Source: Takakia lepidozioides (lineage: Eukaryota > Plantae > Bryophyta). Taken from it: a stretch of 64,000 nt of DNA. The first letter of the stretch is position 1; the number at the start of each line of letters is the position of its first letter. Of this stretch, positions 41,541 to 53,020 are shown piece by piece. The DNA is taken from NCBI GenBank assembly GCA_030704615.1, contig CM060733.1, forward strand, positions 27,156,001 to 27,220,000. The letters are read 5' to 3'. The position numbers were made by a program, and so were the translations under genes. The notes under the pieces were generated by a model that was given only the letters and a program-made list of their open reading frames with translations, was not told where the DNA came from and did not search any database.

Positions 41541-44500
41541 CACTACAACAGATCGTGGTATATGTGACTGTATATATGACTATCCCGTAGTCATAAATGG
41601 TACATATGACTTCTATGACTTAAAGTCGTGCAAACCAAGTCAATTCAATGAGTACAGTATGGTCGGTCATGGATGACTGCAGTCAGATGAACCAAGTGAT
41701 ACATCTCACTGTCATGTGGCAGTCATACGTACTTCTACCATACATGACTTAGTGTGCTGCTGCAAACTGTACACGTGTCTATTTCTAATAAGTCCAGGAG
41801 GTTTTGTGGATGTGTGCCATATGGCGTCTCCCGAAACTGCCACGTGGTATATCCATGAGGAGGATCTGCAGTCATTATCCTGACTACAACCATGCTAATA
41901 TATGGATACGTGACATATAATGAGGAGGTCTTGCAGTCATTGTCATGACTACAAACATCCTGATATGTGGACACGTGGCATGTATTGAGGAGGTCTTGCA
42001 GTCATGATCCTGACTATGACATGCTGATATATGGACACGTGGTGTCATATGAGGGGTTGTTTTGAACTTTTAAATGTATTGGACAAGCAGAGCCACGACT
42101 ATGCTTATCTCATTAGGGTTAGTAGAGATTAGGGTTAGTATTATTCAATACTAAACAAAGAGAAGAACAAAGGGAAGAACAAAGACACAAAAAATGACTC
42201 TGCAAAATGAATGTTTTATTCATAGGCAAGAATCACAGGAAAGAACATAAAGACAACAGTAGATGTAAGAGCTTCTCTTAAACTGCTGCCAGTCAAATTT
42301 ACAATATAGCACCTGAGTCCCAAAATCTGCTCCTCAAACAATAGTATGACAAAGTGCAAAGGACACTACATATGCACTGAAGATAACAACAGATGTAAAA
42401 TGCGTATGTCTTTCTACATTTGCTACTGTTCCAGCATAACAACAAATCAGCATGATAGGGTGCACCCACATTTTGCATGTACATGTCCACAAGGGTACTG
42501 TTCAGAATGACATTTGGTAAAATTCCAGCTCTGACAATGTTGCGATGGACTTATGTGCCCTTTCCAGAGCTGTCAGGCTTGCACATGCATCGCAAATGCA
42601 CAAAAATATGATGTGGTCAGGCTTCACCCCTTCCCCCATCATTTGATCATAGGTCTCCAAAGCCTCCATACCACGTCCGCCCTGCTGTGCATACCCTGCA
42701 AGCATCGCGTCCCATGACACCACATCTCGTTCAGCCATAGTGTTGAAAACTCCCTTTGCATCCTTAATGCACCCACATTTGGCATATATGTCACCAGGGC
42801 AGTGTTCAGAATGACATCCGGTACAATTCCAGCTTTGGCGATGTCACCATGGACCTCTTTCTGGCCCTCTTGGATGAATCTGGACCCACACTCTATCCCT
42901 GCTCCTTCAGCTATCCATGCCTATGCATAAATCATGCATACATCCTTGCCTTGCTGCTAGCAGCTGACGATGACAGCCTAGATTTATTCTAGGAAACACC
43001 CAACTCAACTTATCACACTAGTTCCTATGCTCAATTGCATATGCTACTCTCTATAATCAGACAGACATTCACCTTCTTGCCTGGATTGTCCCACCATTGA
43101 CTGGGTAAGAAAAGTATTCATTCCACAGCTTCTCCTCATCTCTGTTACATGTTTCTGGATGCTTTCCTGTTGTCACATTCGCAGTATCATGTCAAATCAC
43201 TCCAAACTATCAAAGGTTCACTCAACCAGCTAGCATGCAGAATTCAACATGGAAACTTAGGGTCAATTATGATAAGAAGGAAAAACAGGGTGAAATGTGT
43301 TGAAGAAGGTGCCTTCATTAGTAGTGCCTGATTTATCAATTCCACCGCTACTGCTGCAGCTTCCAATTGACCATCTATCCATGCAGGTTGCTAGTAGCTA
43401 TTGATCCACAGGGAATCATAGGAGCTTGAAGTCCGGCCCTCTTCGATGAATCTGGACCCACACTCTATCCCTGCTCCTTCAGCTATCCATGCCTCTACCA
43501 AAATCATGCATTCACCCTTGCCTTGCTGCTAGCAACTGATAATGAAAGCCTTGATTTGTTCTAGGAAACACCCAACTCAACTTATCACACTAGTTCCTAT
43601 GCTCAATTGCATCTTCTACTCTCTGTAATCCAACAGGAATTCATCTTTTTGCCTTGATTGTCCCACCGTTGACTCGGGTCAGAAAAGTATTCACTACAAC
43701 AGAACGCTCCCAGGCTTGCACACGCATTGCAAACACAAACAAATATGATGCGGTTGGGCTTCAACCCTTCGCGCAACATTTGCTCATAGGTCTCTAAAGC
43801 ATTCCTACCAACCCATGCTTGGTAAATCCTGCCAACATTATATTCCACATGATCAAAGATCGTTGAGGGATTCTATTGAACACTTGGTGAGCATAGATGT
43901 ACACCAGGGGAATGTTCAGAATGACATCTGGTACAATTCCAACTTTGATAATGTCACCATGAACCTCTTTGACCATTCCCAGGGCTGCTAAGCTCGCATA
44001 TGCATATTATAAACACAAATGAACATGACCCGGTCTGCCTTCATCCCTTCCCATATCATTTGCTCTTAGGTTTCCAAAGCCTTAATCCCATACCCATGCT
44101 GCACATACCTTGCAATCATGGCATTCCAAAACACCACATCTTGTTCAGCCATATTGTCGAACTCCCCCTTTGCATCAGGCTTGCTGCACCCACATTTGGC
44201 ATACATGTCCACCAGGGCAGTGTTCATAATGACATCTGGTACAAATTCAGCTTTGATGATGTCACCATGAACCTCTTTCCCCTTTCCTAGAGCTCCTAGG
44301 CTTACACACACATTGCAAACACAAACGAATGTAAAGTGGTTGGGCTTCTCCCTTTCGCACATCATTTGGTCATAGTTCTCAAAAGCCTCCATCCACACCG
44401 TAACTGTGCATATCCTGCAATCATCGCACTCCATGACACCCACATCTTGTTCAGGCATACTGTCAAACACTCCCTTCATACATGTCCACGAGGGTATTGT

Positions 44501-46032
44501 TAAGAATGACATGTGGTATATTGCAACTCTGACAATGTCGCCATGGACCTCTTTGCCCTTCTCCAGAGCTGCCAGGCTTGCACACACTACAAACTATCAA
44601 AGGTTCACTCAACCAGTAACTTACAGAAATTCAACCTGAAAATTTAGGGCCAATTTTGATAAGAGGGGAAAATAGGGTGAAATGTGTTGAAGAAGGTTGC
44701 CTTCATTAGCAGTGCCTAATTTATCAATTGTGCCGCTGCTGCTGCGGCTTCTAGTTCACCATCTACCCATGCAGGTTTCTTGTAGCAATGGATCCACAGG
44801 GAATCATAGGTAGTCTTGTGCTTGAAATCCGGCCCTCTTCCAGCAAACACCCCAACCCTAATGATGAGAGGGAAAAACAGACTAAAACAGGTTGAAGAAA
44901 AGGTGCCCTCACCAATTTAGGGCCGATTCTGATAAGAGGAGAAAACAGGGTGAAATGTGTTGAAGAAGGTGCCTTGAGTAGCAGTGCCAGATTTTATCAA
45001 TTGTGCCGCTGCTGCAATTTCCACAACTGAACTGACAGAGATTGAAACGCAGCTTGCTAAGACCAAGCTGACTCTCCCAAGAACCTTGTAAACATTAGGA
45101 AGAATACCAAATCATAACAAGAGCCCAAGAGCCCACATTTGCAGGATGGACTAACTTAGAACTTTACATGGTACATTAAGAAAAAGCCACACCTTGTGAT
45201 TGCGGTTGTCCTACCATCGTGAAGAAATTCAGGACCGAGTCTGATGAGAGGTCAAAACAGGCTGAAATAGGTCGAAGAAGAAGGTGCCCTCACCACATTG
45301 TCCTCGACCTTGTGTCATGACCCATGGAGGATTTGACTGACCATGAACACAATAGGACCTCTTAAGTGTGTTGCTTGTGTCTGTAGTCAGGTAATGTCGT
45401 ATTGGTCTGTGAGAACCACCACGGTGCAGCTGAGCGGGCATCGATTGAAACACGGACTGCTAAGACCAAGTTGTCTCTCCCAATAACCATCAGGAAGAAT
45501 ACCAAATCATGGTACTAACAGGAGCCAAGAGCCCATTGCGATTGCGGTGCAGGTTGCGCTTCGCCCCTTCCTCCATCAGTAGCTCAAGAATAGGTCTGCA
45601 AAGCCTTCATCTCGTGCCCCTATCCAGCGATCATTGCGTTCCATAACAGCTCGATACTAAGAAACCGCGCAGGAGAAAAAGAGAAAGAAAAACTAAGTCC
45701 CAACCCTCTCATGCGCAACCCTATAAGTAATTTTTTTTTTAAAATTAACCTTTTGGCTACCAGGCTTGCACTAGAAGTCATTCTGGCGACTATTTGGTGG
45801 TGAGCTCGCGCTGGTCAACCATCGTTGACCAACCATCCCTCTAGTGCGGAGCCATGCAGTCATGACAACGTCTACCAAAGTAGTCGCCCAGAGGACTACG
45901 TAGTCACATAGTCATTTCAACGACTACGTGAAGCCCCATTTGATCCAAAAATACAGGGAAGTCATGGTCAAAGTCAGAAAAACCATGACTACCACGGCTC
46001 GGCAGTCAGATATACCGCGATCTGTTGTAGTG
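41541..46032. mobile_element. Nested non-autonomous CACTA (Pack-CACTA, 4492 bp) carrying PPR fragments
   Basis: TIR CACTACAACAGATCGTGGTATATGTGACTG (41541-41570) matches 46003-46032 at 28/30; TSD AAT; subterminal AGTCA-N6-YGACT repeats at both ends. Confidence 0.92.
42440..45650 (-). pseudogene. Mosaic of PLS-class PPR motif fragments captured in the CACTA
   Basis: DVVSWDAMLAGYAQQG..EALETYDQM..EGVKPD; NTALVDMYAKCG; interspersed with internally duplicated non-coding blocks. Confidence 0.85.
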
Positions 46033-46400
46033 AATTTACATGTGACTGACGGTAAGAAAACTCGTATAGATCCATGAACGGAAATTGGAGGAAATCACAC
46101 AAACCCGGACAGAATCCATCGCGACTCAAACAGTGAGGAGGCAGGTGGACTTCAATAAGGGCCAGCCCAACTGATCCGGTCAAACAAACAACCTCCACTG
46201 CCCAGTCGACGTTGCGAGATGGAGGAGATGAGCCGGAGATGGTCGTTGCTCACCGCGAAGGAAAAGAGAGCGAGCAGCACCATCAGCAAATTCGGAACCC
46301 CTCCCCGAAACATGTATACACCTCATAACCATCTTAGCTATGTTCTTCTTTGTCCTTCTTCTAGTTTTCAAAATAAATTAATTGTTCTGTTATTCCACAG

Positions 46401-47133
46401 GATGATATGATTCACCCTCCAATCGACTATCACAAATCTGTGAACCCACAGGATTGGTATCGCCTCTCTGAGGGACCGAAAGGATCTCGACCACGATACT
46501 ACGTCCTGGTTCTTGACGTCGACTACCTTGGTGAGGTTTACATCCGAGATGCCCTCCCGCAACCCATCCTTGTGTGTGCGCTGGAAAATTCAAGCTTGCA
46601 GTCCGAAATGGGTTGGACGACTTCCTGAAATGGGTCCTTAAGCATTTTGAGGTCTACTTTTGGAACACTGGACCGTTAGAAAATGTCTTGGATATAGGGC
46701 TGGCTTTGTTTGGAAGAAGGTTTTACAAGGTCAGGGAATTCAACAATGAGAACTGCGTGAAGCATAGACAGACGTTCAGTGCCGAATGGCCCAAATATCC
46801 GAAAGCGCCAATATATCTTAAACGTCTCTACGACCTTTTCACTGTAGACGACCCTGTAGCGTACAAATCAAACACACTTCTTATCGACACTGTAGAAAAT
46901 ATGTATAAGTCGTACTTGAACCCAAAGTCGCTCGGTATCATCCTTCCAAAATATAAAGCGCTCGTCGACCCATACAAGGACAGGTTTCTTCTTGATGAAC
47001 TCAAACCGCACCTGGAAGAGTTGCGGTTATCCGGAAAAGACGCTGATATATTCAACGTGGAAAAACCCATAGGATGTCCACCGTATAATGACCAAAGGTC
47101 AAATGCCTCTTGCTATGGGATTTGCAGTGACAG
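46401..47133 (+). pseudogene. FCP1/NIF (HAD-fold CTD-phosphatase-like) domain 1
   Basis: VLVLDVD..; VRNGLDDFL..VLKHFEVYFWNTG; YLKRL; NTLLIDT; frameshift near 46580. Confidence 0.7.
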
Positions 47134-47307
47134 GTTTATCTTAGAAAACAAAAATTTCCTGACGCTTCATTGGAACAGTTTGAAACGTAAATAGCTGCTC
47201 TAGATTTTCATGAACCTCGACTGTCAAGTGGACGTTTCTCCCAATGTCAATCTTGTCCTTGGTTTATCTTGATTACCACCTGAGTGGATGTATGAATTTC
47301 TCACAGA

Positions 47308-48037
47308 TTGCAGCACCAGTTTCTCCAGTTGCGAAAGGATTGTGCTTGATAATTTTTGACCTGAATGGAGTTTTGTGCAAAGTCTTGAAGCACCAGAAGA
47401 GCTACCGTGTCCCCGAATGTCCGAGACAGACTACAGAATACCAGCTCTTGTTGGATTTCGACTTGTCTTTATGCAGGAAAAATATCGTGAGATGTGGACA
47501 GAGTTGAACAAACATTTCCGTCTAGGTATATGGAGCTGCATGATGTACAAGAACTTGCAGCCTATACTGGACTTTATGCTTTGGGGTCTTCCTCAGCCAA
47601 CATTCGTTATGTCTTAGGAAGATTGTATCTCCTGTCCTACTTCTGTCCACCCTCAATTTATATCAGGATACGACCCGCTGAGTCTGTTCTTGAAGCCATT
47701 GATGACTGTCTGGCAAAGATTTGGTGGTCAGTACAACCTGAGTAACACTCTACTTATTGACGATTCAGCTATTAAGTGTGTGTTGAACCCGCCTGAATCC
47801 TGCCTGATTCTAAAATCGTTTGAATCCGTTGAGACGGACTCTTGCTATCTCCAGAAGGTTCTTCAGAAATATTTGCTTGGAATAAAGAAATCTCACACGG
47901 TTTCCAGTTATCTCAAGGAAAAGAGGATAGGACTTAAGCCTTGTCAGAATGTTTCCACCGATCCCAAGTTTAAGCCTCTCCTGGATTATGTTGATGATTC
48001 TAATTACGGGAATCTCCGATATGATGCTTCAAAATAA
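47308..48037 (+). pseudogene. FCP1/NIF-like domain 2
   Basis: LIIFDLNGVL; FRLGIWSC; S*EDC; FLKPL..VW; NTLLIDDS..K..LNP. Confidence 0.8.
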
Positions 48038-49669
48038 AGATTTTATTGATCAACCACGTCTGTGATTCAATGTTTATTTTTTATTGGTTTTTTTTATAGG
48101 TTGTATTGTTTTTCCAGAAAAACTGTTGTGTACTGTGATTTCCTTTTCAATCTGAATTGACATGGAATTGTTTGGTATTTCCTAGTCTCATCCAAGCGTT
48201 TCTCCACCCCATACCATCCCGATCCTCTGAGATACAGGCCTTCTCCGAAACTCGTCTCGGGGGCTTTTTCAAATCCGACAACCTCCACTGTGCAGTGGAG
48301 GTTATCCTGTGTCTGTACATTGACCTTGTAAGTTCGTTTCTGCATGTTCATGGCGATGCTGTTGATGCCAACTTCTTGTCGGGACTTCCATTGGAATCCT
48401 CCATATCATAAATTCGTCTACAGAGGGACAACATTCACACTACTGTTGAGATTTCTGTCATCGACGGTGAAGCATCATCCAGGCACTTGGCTTCCCTTCA
48501 ATTGCACGACCCTCTTCTTCAGTCCATTCCTGAAAAGGATGTTCTGTCGCAGGATTGTTTAGGATTGAATGTCGAAGATGGAAGCCAACTTGTCAAATGT
48601 GTAGGGGATTTCGTGGACCTCACTCTACAATCCTCACCCTTCGTGTTAAGTGTCAATGGTGTGAAATCTACCTCGAGAATGTCATCCGTTGAGGACGCGG
48701 CTGAGGCTGTGGCTCCACAGCACAATGTTGCATCTCTTCCCTCCTTCTCTCCCCAGCACGAAGGTTGGACAGCCCAAATCAGAAGAAGTCAGGTAAAATT
48801 ACTTATATCTGAATTCTAACTCGTCATTTTGTTTTCCTTAGTACTGGGTCTGATGTTCTTGTTTTACTCCAGACCAGAAAATATGCGGATTGTGACCTTC
48901 CTGTCAAACGACGTCTTCATTGGAAATCTGTTCCGAGGTAATCCCTTCGTTACGTGTGAATTCCATTCAGGATGTGGAGTGCTCAAGGGACAATTTCCAT
49001 TCCGTTCCCCTTCTCCGAAACCCTTTCGACGAGGACAAGGACGAAACTTCAATTACAACTTCTGGGCTTCCCGACCCTGCGGTGTTGGCGCAATGTTCTG
49101 CACCGAGGAAGTGGAATAGGGCCCCCAAACCATTTCCATCTCTTCTACAAATCGATTACACCGGAGAGAAGCCCTTCGTCAGAGACAAAGCAGACTCGAG
49201 GAAGAAAAGGAATACCTCGGACATACCGGGGTCTCGTCAAAACACGTCCATTAGGATGTCAAGCCCGCCAGCGAGACTTTCCAATAAGGCGACATCAGTA
49301 TTATTCGATATCATTTCTCCACTTTCTTCTTTTTTCTGTTCGTTTGGTTATGCACTAATTAACTCCATCTTTTCTCAACAGGCGGGGATGCAGCACGATA
49401 CCTTCATCAATTTCCCTCCGTACAAGGTACTTTCCTGAACCTCCGCTTGGCAGTCGACGTTCATCTTCTTAGCAATATTAACCCTCCTCTTTAAACATTC
49501 CAAGCCCATAACATTGTGCAGTATTTTGCCATTTTCTGCACAATCGTGTTGATCTTCCATACACTCAATCATTCTGGGTCGTGGGTATTTTTCATGGCAG
49601 AAACACTAATGTCAGTGTGTGATTAACCTGCTCAGGATAACTTTGTCTCTCATCCTTTACATGCAACAG

Positions 49670-50400
49670 CGGGGAAGAGGAAACGGATGTTGTTAATTTT
49701 AAGTGTCAACGGACTCCTCTACTACCGGCCACCCCCAACCGGCGGTGAACTATTTAAGGAGAAATTTCGTTTCAGGAATGTGACACTTCAAGTTCCTGAC
49801 AGACCGTTTGTGGTGCCTCGGCCTGGAGTCTTGGAGTTTCTGGACCTTGCATTGAAGCATTTTCACGTGGCCATTTGGTCATGTGCTGATAGAGGTGTTC
49901 TTTGTAGGATGTTGGAGAGCTTCGTCCCCACGAAAATAGCGAAGAAGTTTTGCTTCATATGGTCTGCTGAGGATTGTAAGGATACCACCGGTTATATGAG
50001 GCCCGGGATGAAATATCTCGTGAAGGATATCCGAAGTGTTATTGTCAGGTACCTGGTAGACCATTTGCTACGCAGGGGCAAATAATTCTTGTAGATGATG
50101 AGCCATCAAAAGGCCTGCGAAACCCACAAAATATTGGATTCTTCCCTTTCTCATTCAAGCCTTCACCAAACGGATTGCATGACCGGGATGATATGACAAA
50201 AGCAGTGTGGCCATATATATCAGAGATGGTTGGAGCTTCAACAGTCGTTGATTACATTAGCGAGAACCGAGCAAAGTGTTCTCATAAGCCTATTGGTCGA
50301 GACCATGCCTGCTGGGCCTAGTATGGAAGATATCTTGATCCTCGTATTTGGATCCCACAACAAAAGGAACCTGATTACCTTGGTAGGCACGTGGATCCCA
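49670..50400 (+). pseudogene. FCP1/NIF-like domain 3
   Basis: LLILSVNGLL; PRPGVLEFL..FHVAIWS; FIWSAEDC; after a frameshift IILVDDEPSKGLRNP. Confidence 0.75.
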
Positions 50401-51303
50401 CTCTTCTCTTCTTTGTTCATAATTTGATTTTCCAATTCTTTTGCAGCTGCATTTGCACTCTTACCTCAACATATCCATATGCAAACTTCCACTTTGGGCC
50501 TAACATTTGTCATTTCCATCGCCTCTCCCCAGTTACATTCAAGGAACGAATTCTAAAAGAGGAACAAGAGTTGCGTGATTGGGAAGAATGGCGGGCGTGC
50601 CGGGAGGCTTCAAGGGCATCAAGTAGAGTTGGCAGTAACATTTCAGATGACAATGTCAGCCGGTTTCACCTTCTTGAAAGTATCTCCGTGTCATCTGGAG
50701 CGGAGACCGTTGCAAGTGGCTGTGGTAACCGGACGCGTCTTCGGACACATGCCTTGACTGTGAGCCGTTTGGGAGGCTCAGTATTATTAATGAGTTAGTA
50801 TAAGCCGTAACGGTTCTATGCCTTCAGCATCAATGGTTTGTATGGCATTAAGTCCATGAACGGATGGACAGTTGACATTCATTTTTCTGTTGGTCCATCG
50901 TCTTGAATGATATAATCTCAAATAAAATATGAATGTTTCATATTATCAATGAACTCCCGACAGACTCGTTTTTCCATGTTGTCCTCTTAATCACATCCCA
51001 TCATTGTTTCATATTTGGTTCTGCCATTATTCCATGTTTGTTTCTGGATGTCATTTTGGATATCGGAGCTCTCATCATTGTTTGATTCATTGCATCCTCC
51101 CATTCCTTTTAATGAACGTCAACTTGGCAGTGGATGTTCATCTAAGACCACAATACATACTTGTATTTTTGCGTAGAATGTGTGGAGGATTACATAATTT
51201 GTTGTTATATAGTGCACAAATAGTCAAATAATTATAGATATATCTCTTTATTTCTATTATAGATTATAATTATTCATATATCTTGTATTATTTCTAGACC
51301 AAA

Positions 51304-51333
51304 CAAAAGTCCAGAATTAGTTAAAATAGTGTT
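51304..51333 (-). repeat. Right TIR of the giant element
   Basis: caaaagtccagaattagttaaaatagtgtt followed by TSD aaca. Confidence 0.9.
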
Positions 51334-53020
51334 AACACCGACTTCTCTGTAAACATGCTTGATATTGGGTACACAAAGAGAAAGAGATAGCATGCGACAG
51401 ACAACACATCAAGAGATAGGAAGACGCGAACTTAAGGCCACAAGGTCATTGACATATGAGCCCAATCACTCACTGACCCAGCGATTAATGGATTTTGGGA
51501 AGCATACTATGGCAGCAGAGGCTATGGAACTCAATTAGGGATATGACCAATACCCAACACAATGGAAAAATAAAAGATAATGTGAGCATGAACCTGCTTT
51601 CCAGCTTCCAGGCCTTTTATCATGATGCATTTATGCAAGAGACAGACATAAGTATCTGAATCTGCTGAAAAGCCTCCTTCATTTGCCCTGCCTCACATAT
51701 ATAGCATCCTCACAAGCCCAGAAGTGCCAGAAGAGGTATTGTGGGCTCCCTCCCTTGGTCCCTGTCCAGAAGCTGTGGTCATGGTGGAGGTGCCTGACTT
51801 TATCAACTGCTCCAAAAGCATCAACATTTATGGAGGGGTGTAAGTCACTGTGGGCTCCATTGAAATACGCAATGAAGAACATATGAACACATCCAAACTT
51901 ACACAAATGCTATACAAGCTTGTGCATGACAAGGCTGCCCCTCTTATCAGGTCACTGTGAGCCGCACTCACTTTTATCTGCAAGCTTTGAAGGAGCTGCA
52001 CCATCTAGACTAGAATTAGAAGAGTAACCTGATATCTTTCCACCGTCATCTTTCCTTGGTTCAACAGACTTCTCGAAGTTGTGGCATGGCAATTTCTTTT
52101 CCTTTCACCCAGTAAGGCTTGAACCAACCATCAATCCACAAGCCCTCTTGTGTGCGCTGCTTATGATTGTAGTCTGGAGATTTTCGAGTGGTCCGAGAAA
52201 ATGACCAGGGGCAGCTGAGCAGCCACAGTCTCAATTCTGCCAAGTACCTTACAAACTCTGGGGAAAAGACTTCGCACATCTCTCACATTCCTCGGTCTTT
52301 CAACTCCTACAGGCTCAAATAGCCCTTCGTAGTTCAGGTCTATTTGATTTTTCTTTTCTTCTTCTCTGCACACCGTCTGTCTCCAACTAATTCTTGGCCC
52401 AATCAACAATGCAAAAGCTCATAGACTTTAGGCAGATTATCACACAGTGCCAAGTAGAGCCCACAGTGGCTCTTGCCACATTCCTGTCACACGCTTAGTG
52501 CTCACAATACCTTTCTTCATTCCAGGCATGTACAATTACACGATAGCAACTCACGCCAAACATCCGCTCGAGTCCCAACAATCTAAAACTCCCTGGACAG
52601 GTACAGTATGAATTCACAATGATGGCACATGGTATTGGAACATATCCAGTCCTCCCAGCCTCCACACCATGCACGATTCTCCCCCGTTCCAGCTCTGTTC
52701 TTTAATCTCACGGCACTTTCTCGATGCCTTTTTCTCTATCCCTGTTCACAACTCATATCTACGACTTTTCACACCAGGGAGAGAGAGAGAGAGAGAGAAT
52801 CCCTAATCTTTTCTATATCACATCCTATTCACATGTAGCCATGATCACATAGAGCCTGCCACCTCCTGCTTCATCACATGACAGCCCCATTCTTCTCGCC
52901 AGACAGTTGTTGAACCGAGATGAACGCTTCAACGCCCCGCCAAACCTGTCACAGGTTCGAGTTCACATGGACGTTATATCACCTCCCCTCCTATAAGGGA
53001 GTATTGTCCTCAATATTGAA

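Larger units (their letters stand above)
30184..51138. repeat. Dispersed 24-bp palindrome family AACSTCSACTG-N2-CAGTSGASGTT (12 full copies)
   Basis: Copies start at 30184, 32286, 33668, 33935, 36617, 37757, 38892, 46190, 47213, 48280, 49438 and 51115; degenerate or half sites at ~28526, ~32324, ~34070 and ~36819. Confidence 0.9.
28297..51333. mobile_element. Giant (23,037 bp) TIR DNA transposon with a Sola-like DDE transposase and multi-gene cargo
   Basis: 30-bp TIRs with 1 mismatch (28297-28326, 51304-51333); TSD AACA (28293-28296, 51334-51337); internal transposase; element-restricted 24-bp palindromes from end to end. Confidence 0.88.

Noticed and set aside
30184-51138. 24-bp palindromes as a CRISPR array
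   Set aside because: Spacing is irregular (0.3-7 kb), there are no cas genes, and the context is eukaryotic and intronic.
51327-51334. Right end of the giant element reads CACTA on the minus strand, suggesting a CACTA element
   Set aside because: The left end is CCCTA and the 3-bp flanks (aaa/tta) do not match. Extending the TIR by 2 bp gives a perfect 4-bp TSD, and the transposase is not TnpD-like.
51679-52279. Short minus-strand ORFs right of the giant element
   Set aside because: No family motif recognised; one is partly LTR-derived.
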